Made by a program: the position numbers and the translations under genes. Source: an uncultured delta proteobacterium (GTDB taxonomy: Bacteria; Desulfobacterota; Syntrophorhabdia; Syntrophorhabdales; WCHB1-27). Taken from it: DNA of 64,000 bases. Positions 17,816 to 27,374 of this stretch are shown here, in pieces; the first letter of the stretch is position 1, and every line of letters starts with the position of its first letter. The notes under the pieces are model-generated. The model worked only from the letters and a program-made list of their open reading frames with translations, was not told the DNA's origin and searched no databases. Where the stretch lies: positions 192,245-256,244 of the forward strand of contig CAWGRP010000029.1 of NCBI GenBank assembly GCA_963825005.1, read 5' to 3'.

Positions 17816-18774
17816 TGAAAGTGTATACTCTGCTATGCGTGCTTGCTATAGCTTCGCTGACCAGCGGGTGCGCCACCGTGAAAGACCGGCAGGCCGGTTC
17901 GATGGGAAGTGAGTACAAAATGCTCCTGGCGATGGAAAAACAGAAGAGCGCCGCGGCCAGAACCATTGAAGACGAGTCATCGAAGAAATTGCCGGAGATG
18001 AACGCCGATGGATGCGAGCGCTTGGGAGACCAGCATGCCAGGCAAGGCAATGTCGTCATGGCTCTCGTCCAGTATGGAAAGGCGCTTCACCTTAACCCCA
18101 ACAACGCGGGCGTGCGGTATAAGATAGGATGCCTGCTTCTGCAAAGAGGATTGGTGACGGAAGCTCTGGCTGAGTTCGATCAGATACTGAAACAGGAGCC
18201 GTCCAACGCCCTTGCACATCAGGGGAAGGGCGTTGCATTTATCGCCACAAGAGAATTGGACAAGGCCCAGGATGAATTCCGCCAAGCGCTCCGATTCAAT
18301 TCGGCGTTGTGGCAGCCTTACGCCTGTCTCGGAATTATATATGATCGCCAAAAACGATATTCGGACGCTCTCAGCGAATACGAAAAGGCGCTCGCTATCA
18401 ACCCCAGGTCGGCAGCCGTTCTCAACGATAGGGGAATGTCCTGCTATATGAACGGTGAATATGAAAAATCAATCCAGTCTTTCACCGCTGCTCTGCAGCT
18501 TGACCCGGCTAATAGGAAGATTCATAACAACCTGGGCCTGGCCCTTGCGGGCCTGGGAAGATTCGATGAATCGCTCGAGGCATTCAAGAAAAGCAGGGGC
18601 GAAGCCGGCGCGCACAATAACATCGGTTATATTTACATGACTAAGCGGGAGTACGCGAAAGCTGCAGCTGCTTTCCAGGAGGCTGCCGAGGCAAGTCCTA
18701 CCTTTTATGCAAAAGCCCAGGAGAATATCGAACGACTGGAGAAACTGGCGAGAACGCAACAGCGTGCCGAGTGA
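17815..18774 (+). CDS. TPR-repeat lipoprotein (TadD-like)
   Basis: Lipobox LTSGC. There are at least six TPR repeats. TAATG overlap with the upstream gene. It is the terminal gene of the tad locus. Confidence 0.75.
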   Translation: MKVYTLLCVLAIASLTSGCATVKDRQAGSMGSEYKMLLAMEKQKSAAARTIEDESSKKLPEMNADGCERLGDQHARQGNVVMALVQYGKALHLNPNNAGVRYKIGCLLLQRGLVTEALAEFDQILKQEPSNALAHQGKGVAFIATRELDKAQDEFRQALRFNSALWQPYACLGIIYDRQKRYSDALSEYEKALAINPRSAAVLNDRGMSCYMNGEYEKSIQSFTAALQLDPANRKIHNNLGLALAGLGRFDESLEAFKKSRGEAGAHNNIGYIYMTKREYAKAAAAFQEAAEASPTFYAKAQENIERLEKLARTQQRAE

Positions 18775-19189
18775 ACGATTTTGAGTCAGCAGTGTAACGG
18801 CCTTCCCGGTTAGCCTCGTTGAGAGGTACATGGTTCGGGGCATGCGACAGATCGGGATGACGCCGATTTGCAATCAAGATGGAGACTGAGGCGCAGCGAG
18901 GACTGTATTAGCAGGGCACCCGTGGGCAGCCCCCTTTCCTGCGTGCTGAAATAAAATCAACCACGGGTCGCAGGAGGAAAAGCGACGCAGCGACAACGGA
19001 GGTATACGCTTGAGTGCGAATAGGCCGGCTTCGACTATCAAGATAGAACCATCCACGGCCGATAACCAGCATGGGAAAAAACCCGGCGGGACGCGGCCGG
19101 ATTTTGCGTACCAAAAGCAGAACGGATCCGACTTCGAGCAGCGCCGGAACTCTCACGCGAGAAGAGTGTGGAGCGATTAAAGGGGCCTC

Positions 19190-19825
19190 ATGGCTAGCAG
19201 GGAGACAATCCGCCGCAGAATGCGGCACGTCCAGGAGTTCCACACCATACCGGTCATGCTGCAGAGGGTTCTCGACGTTCTGCAGAATCCGCGGCTGTCC
19301 CTCGACAGCATTGCATATGTTGTCTCAAACGATCAAGTGCTCACTGCCCAGTTGCTGAAGACGGCTAACTCACCCTTCTTCGGTTTCACCCAAAGAGTCG
19401 GCTCGATAAAACAGGCCCTTTTGGTTCTTGGACTCAACGCCGCGAAAGGACTTCCCCTCGGTGTCTCTTACTTTTATCACGTGAAAGGGATAGAAGGGCT
19501 CTGGGCACACTCGGTCGGGACTGCCATAGTGGCAAGGATCCTTGCCCAGAGACAGGCGCTGAGAGACTGCCCGGGGGTCTTCGCCGCGGGACTTCTTCAC
19601 GATGTCGGAAAGGTGTTCCTGGCAGTTAAGTTCCCGGAAGAGTATCGGCGGGCACTCACCCTGGCCGCGAACGGGGCCTTGATCGTTGATGCGGAGACGG
19701 AGATCTTTAACGCCAGCCATGCCGCAGCGACCGGTTGGGCCTCAGAGCAATGGCACTTACCGGCTGTTCTCTCCGAAAGCGAGGAGCTCCTGCAGGAAGC
19801 TGAAGGCTTTCTCACCTTGGCGTAA
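19190..19825 (+). CDS. HDOD-domain signalling protein
   Basis: HDOD pattern (LPVMLQRVLDVLQNP...SIAYVVSNDQVLTAQLLKTANSPFFGF...LLHDVGKVFL). It is shorter (211 aa) than typical HDOD proteins. Confidence 0.7.
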   Translation: MASRETIRRRMRHVQEFHTIPVMLQRVLDVLQNPRLSLDSIAYVVSNDQVLTAQLLKTANSPFFGFTQRVGSIKQALLVLGLNAAKGLPLGVSYFYHVKGIEGLWAHSVGTAIVARILAQRQALRDCPGVFAAGLLHDVGKVFLAVKFPEEYRRALTLAANGALIVDAETEIFNASHAAATGWASEQWHLPAVLSESEELLQEAEGFLTLA

Positions 19826-19916
19826 CTCCGCTGTTATCAACCATGCATTTCTGGGGATTGCCTGGAAGAAGCCCGTTTTAAGTCTTCGGGTAAGCCTGAA
19901 ATGCGTACGCAGTTGG

Positions 19917-20357
19917 TCATGCACTCTTCAGATGTGGTTCTCCGCCGCGTTCATCATCTTTCTTACCAGCGAGCAGACACTCGATGGCAGCAATCAGTTC
20001 TTCACACCTCACCGGCTTGGCAATGAACTCTCGTCCGCCTATCCTGCAGCCTCGGGATTTGATCTCGTTTCTTGTGACGAGCGCTGATAAGAACACCAGT
20101 GGAATGTCCTGTATATTCTCAGTCTCAAGAATGAGCTCAGCTGTCGCCCCCCCGTCCAGACCGGGCATATTGATGTCAAGAAGAATGATGTCCGGCCTGT
20201 TTACCTTTGCTAGCCTGATGCCATCGAGTCCGCTGGCCGCGAGCAGCACCACGAATCGTCCAGTCTCTTCGAGGTTGGCTTTTACGAAGTAACGGAAATG
20301 CTCCTCGTCATCAATGAGCAGCACTAACCTTTTACGAGAGCACTCGCTATGTTTCAT
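19917..20357 (-). CDS. stand-alone response-regulator receiver protein
   Basis: Start at MKHSECSRKRLVLLIDDE, with AAGGAG upstream. It has the acidic pair DD, the phospho-acceptor context ILLDINMPGLDG, and a conserved Lys (FIAKP). Confidence 0.8.
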   Translation of the reverse strand: MKHSECSRKRLVLLIDDEEHFRYFVKANLEETGRFVVLLAASGLDGIRLAKVNRPDIILLDINMPGLDGGATAELILETENIQDIPLVFLSALVTRNEIKSRGCRIGGREFIAKPVRCEELIAAIECLLAGKKDDERGGEPHLKSA

Positions 20358-20753
20358 TCCCACCCTCTCCTTCTGGCCCGGGCAGACGCGGTGACCATTC
20401 TGGAAGCGTCTCGTATTTCTCGTTAATCTCTGAGATATGTGCTCTGGATCGGCGTACGAACTTTGATCCCTCACCATCGATGTTTGTTGGGTCCGGTTGG
20501 CGGAGTCGCCGGAGTCCTCGGCTTCAAAGGGTTCTTTGTTTTTCAATTGTCGTCTCCCATTGGTTCATCAACGTCGTATTCAGTGCACCGGTGGAATTTC
20601 TAAATTCCTGTTCCTATATATGCATCGTCCTGCAACCGATTTGGCGTTCTTGCCGATTGTGCGTGAAGGAGGCATTGAAAAGAACCTGAAGCCCCTTGTT
20701 GGTTGCAGGCGGTTGCATATAGTCGTGTGAAGACAAGGAAAACGGAGGGAAAG

Positions 20754-21353
20754 ATGCATATAGCTGTTCATCTAAGCAACTATCTGATGTCGAAAGCCAT
20801 TTACGAACTTCTGGTCGACAACGGCTATCAAAACGTGACCTTAGGCGGCGATACACAGGCAAGCCAGGAGACGGCGAGCGTGCTTCTCGTGGATAGTGGT
20901 ACCCTTTACCAATGCTTCCCCGACCAGAACCCACGAACAAAATTTCTTCTGGTCGACACAGGCATCGGTCCGGAGAGGATCATCGCCGCGCTGCTCACGT
21001 ACAAGATACACGGGGTCGTTTCAATGCGCACGGGACTGGATCTTTTCAAGAAGGCGCTCAAAGTCGTGAGTGAGGGGCAACTCTGGATTGACGATCAGGC
21101 GGTGAAGGCTTTTCTGGACGACGTAGGAATCAACTCGAGGACAGGAAGAATCATTGGCCTCACGGGCAGAGAAAGGGAGATCGTAGCTCATATCAGCCGG
21201 GGTCTCAGTAACAAAGAAATTGCACAGATTCTTTCTCTCAAAGAATGCACGGTAAAGTCACATGTCAAAAGCATCCTTAGAAAGTTCAAAATCCCACGCA
21301 GGTCAAGGTTGATTACGCTTGCCCCGGTCAGTGCAAAACAGTTCGTATCTTGA
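20754..21353 (+). CDS. LuxR/GerE-HTH regulator with degenerate receiver-like N-domain (CsgD/VpsT-like)
   Basis: C-terminal HTH LTGREREIVAHISRGLSNKEIAQILSLKECTVKSHVKSILRKF. By eye, the N-domain lacks the beta1 acidic pair and the beta5 Lys. Start at MHIAVH, with GGAGGG upstream. Confidence 0.75.
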   Translation: MHIAVHLSNYLMSKAIYELLVDNGYQNVTLGGDTQASQETASVLLVDSGTLYQCFPDQNPRTKFLLVDTGIGPERIIAALLTYKIHGVVSMRTGLDLFKKALKVVSEGQLWIDDQAVKAFLDDVGINSRTGRIIGLTGREREIVAHISRGLSNKEIAQILSLKECTVKSHVKSILRKFKIPRRSRLITLAPVSAKQFVS

Positions 21354-21420
21354 CCGATAGCAGGAAGTAAGGCCAGAGCTGTCTCATGTCCAGAGCTCTC
21401 TCAGAGTGCATCCTCAGCCT

Positions 21421-22008
21421 CTACGGTATGCGGCGACGGGTTGTATCCTCCGAAGCCGGACGAGAGGCTCCTATGATGAGTGGTACAAGGCTCGAGCAGT
21501 TTTTCGTGCGAAACTTCTTGAAGATTGAATTGAGACGCACCGTCACCGCCCGAGGGCTTATTGAGAGTCGATCTGCGATTTCTTTATTGCTGCATCCCTG
21601 ACAAACGAACGTTGCTATTTGCGCATCCCTTTCACTCAGAGTAGCAATGATGCTCCTTGCTTTTTCGCGCATTCTTTTCCGGCCTTCTCTTATGGCATCG
21701 ATAACGGCTCCCTGAAAATTTGAGAAATGCATCTCTCCTGGTAATACCCCATGTATCCTGTGTGTGAGCAACGCCTCAGTCAGATCGCTACTTCTGTTTG
21801 GGTCCAAATCCAGTGCCAGAACAACGAGTCCCGCATAACTGTTTCGATCGCACTCGCCCACGGTTTTTATACTCACGAGCACCACGTCAGGCACGAAATC
21901 CTCATGCTTTGTGTCGTTCCAAACGAATGCATTGTGGCCGTTCTCAAGCAGCATCTCTGTTATTGCCAGGTCTATCAAAGAATTGCCGCTGTTGATCAAC
22001 ACAATCAT
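21421..22008 (-). CDS. LuxR/GerE-HTH regulator with degenerate receiver-like N-domain (paralogue-like)
   Basis: C-terminal HTH LSERDAQIATFVCQGCSNKEIADRLSISPRAVTVRLNSIFKKF. The N-domain (MIVLINSGNS...VVLVSIK...) lacks the acidic pair and the phospho-acceptor Asp. It is convergent with 20754..21353. Confidence 0.75.
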   Translation of the reverse strand: MIVLINSGNSLIDLAITEMLLENGHNAFVWNDTKHEDFVPDVVLVSIKTVGECDRNSYAGLVVLALDLDPNRSSDLTEALLTHRIHGVLPGEMHFSNFQGAVIDAIREGRKRMREKARSIIATLSERDAQIATFVCQGCSNKEIADRLSISPRAVTVRLNSIFKKFRTKNCSSLVPLIIGASRPASEDTTRRRIP

Positions 22009-22307
22009 CGTATATTCTCCTCATGGGAAGCGGGAGAAGCCGATTGCCGCAGTCCCCCTTCTGTCATCTTTGGGTTTCCCAATTGTTGTATGCTTACCGG
22101 CGCAACCACTTTTTGACCGAAGCGATAGATTTCCGCGGGAAAGCGGGCGGTACGTGATCGACCGTGCCTGAATGCAATGCGGAAGTATCCGTGCGAAAGT
22201 CAGGCAGTTACGGCCGTGCCCCTGTTAAGAACCCGTCGGATGGACGATAATGCTCATGGATAGACAAATTTGCGCCGTTCGGACCCTCGCCCAAACTCCT
22301 GGGCGGG

Positions 22308-22793
22308 ATGAAAGGACATATTATGTCGGAAACGACGGACAAAGAAGACGTTGTTATATCCGAGCAATACAATGCCTCTGAGGAAGCGTTCTGGCGCGTT
22401 GATGAACGGCCTGGTGAGTATCTGCAGCAGACGATGCCTGATGGAACATTGCGTCACTGTTGGCGAAGGGACAAACATGGCAACTATTACTTCGACGACG
22501 AAGTCTATGCGAGGGAACAGCACCTTGATTCGTCGCGGATGATTGATAGAAACGGCCCGGAACCGGACCTCGCGCAGAAAAATTATTGGCCTGAAATCGA
22601 GGAGTCGATCGAGTATCTCGGGGAATACGAAAGAGAAGGGGTCACGCCAGAAGGCGCAAGAGCAGATGCTCACTCTCAGTCACCTTTCCTTCGAGTTAGC
22701 GCGGGTCACATATCTTCGCGAAGCCCTCAAGGTGTGTCTCCGGTCAGCGCTCCGCGTGTCCGATATGGAAGGAGGTTCGGCGTACGCTGTTAA
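22308..22793 (+). CDS. hypothetical acidic protein; 3' end uncertain (overlaps the kinase start out of frame)
   Basis: An ORF only. The first 115 aa or so look protein-like (…EAFWRVDERPGEYLQQTMPDGTLRHCWRRDKHGNYYFDDEVYAREQ…). The last 45 aa or so are the alternative frame of the kinase gene. Confidence 0.3.
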   Translation: MKGHIMSETTDKEDVVISEQYNASEEAFWRVDERPGEYLQQTMPDGTLRHCWRRDKHGNYYFDDEVYAREQHLDSSRMIDRNGPEPDLAQKNYWPEIEESIEYLGEYEREGVTPEGARADAHSQSPFLRVSAGHISSRSPQGVSPVSAPRVRYGRRFGVRC

Positions 22794-25700
22794 TACTGAG
22801 ACACGCGATCTTGAGTTAGTCTATTCCAGGGGCTCATCAAAACAGTTTAAGTGGATGCTCTCGAGCATAGGAGTCGACATGGAATCGATGCGGTTGATCA
22901 CGCAGGGAAGGCTCATCCACGGAAGCTCCAACGATGCCCGCCGTATGCTAACATCATTCCTTCCTGACGGAAAGGCGAGCCAGATAATCGTTATTCCGGT
23001 CCTCAACGAAGGAAGCCTTGTCGCATGCTTCTGTATGGCTTCCCGTACCTCCATGACGCTCCCCGGTTCGGTAGTCTTTCTTCTCGAGGCGATAGCCGCT
23101 CAGGTTACGACTGGGCTTGCGCGTATCTGGGCCCAAAGAGCGATGCGAAATTCAGTTGAAAAATACTGGGCTCTGGTAGACGGTGCACCGGACGGTATAC
23201 TGCTCGGGGACATGGAAGGAAATATCCTGGAGACGAATAAGAGGGCACGGGAGATGTTCGGTTACGAAGAGAGCGAGTATCTGGGGAGAAACTTTTTTGA
23301 GCTTTTGCGGCCCGTCGCTCTGCAGAAGGCGAAGGCTGCTTTCGAACGGATTAAGAGAAGCGAATTAACAGCTCCCGCTGTTATGTACCTGAAGCGAAAA
23401 GACGGGAGGCTAGCCCCCGTCGAATTGACAGCGAGCGTCGTGGAACTCGCAGAGAGAAAATTTGTCCAGGGAATATTCCGGGACATCACAGGAAGGAAAG
23501 AAGCGGAACGAGCTTTGCGCCAATCAGAGGAAAAATACCGCACGCTCATGGAGCATGCCGGCGATGCCATAATTCATGCCAGTGTGGACGGGGAAATACT
23601 CGAATCAAACAGGAAAACAGAGGAACTCCTCGGTTACGCGGTGAGAGAACTCGCCGGCGTGAACTATTCCCGGCTTCATCCCGGCCATGAAAGCCGGGAG
23701 ATTTTCGGCAAAGGCAAACGAGGCTCAGCGCAGGGCACTCTTGAGGACGCTCTTGCAGTCCGGAGGGATGGTTCTCTCATTCCAATCGATATGAGCTGGA
23801 GCGAGATCAAGGTTAGAGGGGCATCCGTTATTCAGGTTATCATGCACGATGTCAGCAGGCGCAAGAAGGCTGAGGACGGCTTGCGGGAATCGGAAAGCCG
23901 ATACAGGGCAATTTTCGAAAATACCGGGACGGCTATGGTTATCTTCGAAAAAGAGATGACAATATCCTTTGTCAATACCGAATTCGAGAGGATGTCCGGC
24001 TGCCGCAGGACTGAAATAGAAGGCAGAAGAAAGTGGTCAGATTTTATTCAAGACCACGGTCAGAAGAGCGAAACCAGCCGTCTGCGCTGCGTTGCCTCCA
24101 GCAAGGATAATCTCTCTCCAGCCGTTAAGCCCACGTCCGCCGGTGCGCAAAACTTTCGCGCGGTAGTTGTCAGCAGGACCGGCTCCAGGAAGCCCGTGCT
24201 CGTGTGCATAGCCGCCCTGCCCGGTTCAGGCAGAAGCATAGCCTCGCTTATCGACGTAAGTCAGCTGGTATACGCTGAACAGGTTTTGAAACAGAGCGAA
24301 GAGCGCTATCGGGCGCTGGTCCAGCAGTCATCAGAGGCAATTTTCATCGTGGATCCAAAGACGAAAAAGATCATGGAGGTTAATAAGCCTTTCAGCAACA
24401 TGCTTGGGTATGAGGATGACGATATACAAAGTCTCTTCCTGTATGATCTCATCATGGAGAGCAAGAGTTTTATAGACACCTCGGTAAGTAAGACAATGCA
24501 GAACGGCCAGTATTTCATGGGCGAGCGAAATTTCCGGGGAAAGAATGGTCTGGTGGTTGACGTCGATATAGCCGCGTCGTCCATCAATTACGGAAACTCC
24601 ACCTTCATCATGATGTCATTCAGGGATATTACCGAAAAGAAGCAGATGGAAGCGGCGCTGAGACAGGCGCAGAAGATGGAGGCGATAGGCACACTCGCGG
24701 GCGGCATAGCACACGACTTTAACAACATGCTACAAGTGATAGCGGGTTGCGCATATCAGCTTAATGAGAAGCTCAAAGAAAGAAAGGATGACCCGCTCGC
24801 CAGTTTAACCGAGCAGGCACTCTCGTCATGCGAGAAGGCGTCACAGCTTACCAAGAGCATACTCACGTTCAGCAGGAAACAGCCCATCGATCCCCAACCC
24901 ATCGATGTCAACAGTGTTATAAGCAGCATTGAGAGGCTTCTGAAAAGAATTGTCGGTGAAGAGATCGAATTTCACATGGAATATTCTGCCGACCGTTTAC
25001 TCGTTATGGCCGACAAGGTCCAAATCGAACAAGTTCTCATCAATATTGCCACCAACGCGCGGGATGCGATGCCAAAAGGTGGCGTCATGCGTATCGGAGC
25101 AACGATAGAGGAGATTGGTGAACCGTTTGTGAGAAGTCGCGGTTATGGAATTCCCGGCGCATACGCCTGCATATCGGTGTCTGACACAGGGAGCGGCATG
25201 GATGAGGAGACAAAGAGGCGCATATTTGAGCCATTCTATACGACCAAAGAGATGGGCAAAGGTACGGGCCTCGGCATGTCCGTTGTTTATGGTATCGTGA
25301 AGCAGCATAAAGGATATATCGATGTGGAAAGTCAACCCGGCATGGGAACAACAATCAAGGTCTATTTCCCTTTGACCGCCATTACTCAAAATGATACGCC
25401 CGCTGCGCCGGAAGGCGGACCGGTAGTCGGTGGTACTGAGACCATTCTTTTGGCGGAGGACGAAAGAGAGGTGCGAACATTTCTGACAGGGATACTTGAG
25501 GAGGCAGGCTATAGTATCATCGAGGCGGAAAACGGCGAAGATGCTGTAGAGAAGTACGCGGCGAGCAAAAAGGATATACATCTGGCCCTGATCGACGTCG
25601 TAATGCCCAGGAAAGATGGAAAGCAGGCCTATGATGAGATGAGAAAGATACGGCGCAACGTCAAGGTTATCTTCATGTCTGGTTATAGCGAGGATACGGT

Positions 25701-25800
25701 CCACAGCAGGGGGATACTGAAAACGGGCGTTGCTCTTCTTTCGAAGCCGGTTCCGCCCGTCTTACTCCTCTCGAAAATAAGGGAAACACTCGACTCGTAA
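22666..25800 (+). CDS. hybrid sensor histidine kinase (GAF-like, about 4 PAS, HisKA, HATPase, receiver)
   Basis: Start taken at MLTLSHLS. PAS-like repeats precede the H-box GIAHDFNNMLQVI. N/G boxes are NIATNARDAM, SDTGSGMD and GKGTGLGMS. The C-terminal receiver is ILLAEDE...LALIDVVMPRKDG...SKP. Confidence 0.85.
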   Translation: MLTLSHLSFELARVTYLREALKVCLRSALRVSDMEGGSAYAVNTETRDLELVYSRGSSKQFKWMLSSIGVDMESMRLITQGRLIHGSSNDARRMLTSFLPDGKASQIIVIPVLNEGSLVACFCMASRTSMTLPGSVVFLLEAIAAQVTTGLARIWAQRAMRNSVEKYWALVDGAPDGILLGDMEGNILETNKRAREMFGYEESEYLGRNFFELLRPVALQKAKAAFERIKRSELTAPAVMYLKRKDGRLAPVELTASVVELAERKFVQGIFRDITGRKEAERALRQSEEKYRTLMEHAGDAIIHASVDGEILESNRKTEELLGYAVRELAGVNYSRLHPGHESREIFGKGKRGSAQGTLEDALAVRRDGSLIPIDMSWSEIKVRGASVIQVIMHDVSRRKKAEDGLRESESRYRAIFENTGTAMVIFEKEMTISFVNTEFERMSGCRRTEIEGRRKWSDFIQDHGQKSETSRLRCVASSKDNLSPAVKPTSAGAQNFRAVVVSRTGSRKPVLVCIAALPGSGRSIASLIDVSQLVYAEQVLKQSEERYRALVQQSSEAIFIVDPKTKKIMEVNKPFSNMLGYEDDDIQSLFLYDLIMESKSFIDTSVSKTMQNGQYFMGERNFRGKNGLVVDVDIAASSINYGNSTFIMMSFRDITEKKQMEAALRQAQKMEAIGTLAGGIAHDFNNMLQVIAGCAYQLNEKLKERKDDPLASLTEQALSSCEKASQLTKSILTFSRKQPIDPQPIDVNSVISSIERLLKRIVGEEIEFHMEYSADRLLVMADKVQIEQVLINIATNARDAMPKGGVMRIGATIEEIGEPFVRSRGYGIPGAYACISVSDTGSGMDEETKRRIFEPFYTTKEMGKGTGLGMSVVYGIVKQHKGYIDVESQPGMGTTIKVYFPLTAITQNDTPAAPEGGPVVGGTETILLAEDEREVRTFLTGILEEAGYSIIEAENGEDAVEKYAASKKDIHLALIDVVMPRKDGKQAYDEMRKIRRNVKVIFMSGYSEDTVHSRGILKTGVALLSKPVPPVLLLSKIRETLDS

Positions 25801-25915
25801 AGAATTAGTCTCTCCAGGGCTGTCAGATCGAAGTCAGTAGCACGCTCTGCAATCCAATCATCCGCAGCATCAAAATTGCCACTGACTATCACCATCTCAA
25901 CGGATGCATCCTGTC

Positions 25916-27278
25916 CTATTTGCATTTTGGAGCTGGAGACATGCTCTTATCTGTGTTCACCTTTTCCAGTTTTATTTTCAAAATCCTTCGCTTGTGAATG
26001 CCGACAACCGTAAAACGGTAACCATCGTGGTAGACTATTTCTCCGCCCCGTGGAATCCCCTGGAGATGTGAAAGCACAAAACCGCCCAGCGTTTCATAAT
26101 CGCCAGACTCGGGTAAATCAAGGTCGAGGACACTGTTCAGGTCTCTGTATGCTGTACGAGGCGTCAACGAGCGTGGAACCGTCGGCGAGATTCTCGATGC
26201 GGACGTCCGTATCCGTTTCATCCATGATCTCGCCGAAAATCTCCTCCATGATATCCTCGAGCGTGACAATACCGACAGTGGTACCGTACTCGTCGACCAC
26301 TACGGCGAGATGCACTCGCCTCCTCTGCATGTCCTTCATGAGCGCGCTCACCTTCATGGTGTCGGGCACGAAGTAAGGCCTTCTGAGCACCTTATTCAGA
26401 TCGAAGGGCTCATTCGACCAGATAAATTTGGCAATATCCTTATGGTAGACGATTCCCAGAATATTATCGAGATGGTCCCTGTAAGCCGGATATCGCGAGA
26501 ATTCATTTTCAACGACATACTTGAGCACCTCTTCCTTGCTCTTCTCTATATCGATTGGATAGATGTTGGGTCTTGACACCATGATCTCTTTTACGGATCT
26601 GTCCACGAAGTTGAAGACGCTATGGATCAACTCCTCTTCCGTCTTGCCGAAAACTCCTTTCGTCCTGCCCTCCTCAAGCAGGAGCTTGATCTCATCCTCC
26701 GAAACCGCCTCCTCCAGACGCTTCAGGTGAAGGACTCTCATCACAAGCGACGTTGATGCGTTGAGCAGACGGACCGGATAAGCGAGCACCTTCGACAGGA
26801 GCTCAAACGTCGGGACAATGCCGATTGCCACCCGTTCGCGATAGTTGATGCCTATATGTTTTGGAACAAGCTCGCCCATCACCAGAAGCAGATACGTGAG
26901 ACAAAGAACGACGATGATGAGCGAGATGGATTCCGAAAACCGACCGACATAGGGGAGATCTCTGATCACCGGGTTCAGGAAGTGGACGGCGAGCGCGCCT
27001 GAGAGGGCTGATGCAAGCGTTCCAAAAATCGTAATGCCGATCTGCACCGTGGGTAGAAACGTCTCGGGTTTCTCTCGCATCCGCAAGAGCACTTCTGCCC
27101 TCTTATCCTTCTTCTCTTTGATTATATCCTTGATCCTGCTTTTGCGAGAAGAGACTATCCCGAATTCGCCGGCATTGAAGATGCCGCTCAGGAGCACCAG
27201 GATAATAATAAGAATGATTAAGAGCGTCAGACTATCCATGCGGGATGGGGACGAAAGACCGTGGAGCGAGAGCTCCAC
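25916..27278 (-). pseudogene. CNNM/CorC-HlyC family transporter (DUF21-CBS-CorC_HlyC), frame-disrupted
   Basis: ORF 26118..27278 carries the DUF21 TM region and a CBS pair. ORF 25916..26269 (+1 frame) carries the CorC_HlyC domain (LPESGDYETLGGFVLSHLQGIPRGGE...). Junction near 26150 (…DGSTLVDAS / AYRDLNSVLDLDL…). Confidence 0.8.
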
Positions 27279-27374
27279 TGCTCTGCGGTATCAGCTTGCA
27301 TTCGAACGTGCGGCTTGAAGGTCCGCAGCCGAAAACTATCTGGATGAAGGCAAACTGATAGAGGTAACACGCGA

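Noticed and set aside
18775-19189. A 415-nt gene-free region between the last tad gene and the HDOD gene. I inspected it for an sRNA, tRNA or small ORF.
   Set aside because: The ORFs in it (18874..19056, 18908..19243, 19071..19358) are low-complexity. I could not recognise any RNA family or strong promoter/terminator pair by eye. It is left unannotated rather than guessed.
19686-19916. A possible frame break truncating the HDOD protein (211 aa, ending …WHLPAVLSESEELLQEAEGFLTLA).
   Set aside because: Neither alternative frame downstream continues with HDOD-like sequence. One stops immediately, and the other gives an unrelated Ser/Cys/Trp-rich peptide. I treat it as a naturally short protein.
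20642-20654. A sigma-54-like TGGCGTTCTTGCC upstream of the first LuxR-type gene.
   Set aside because: The GG-to-GC spacing is 9 nt rather than the 12 nt required from the first G of GG to the G of GC in TGGCAC-N5-TTGC. A similar near-match at about 12150-12175 (CTGGTTAGGTTGCA) fails for the same reason.
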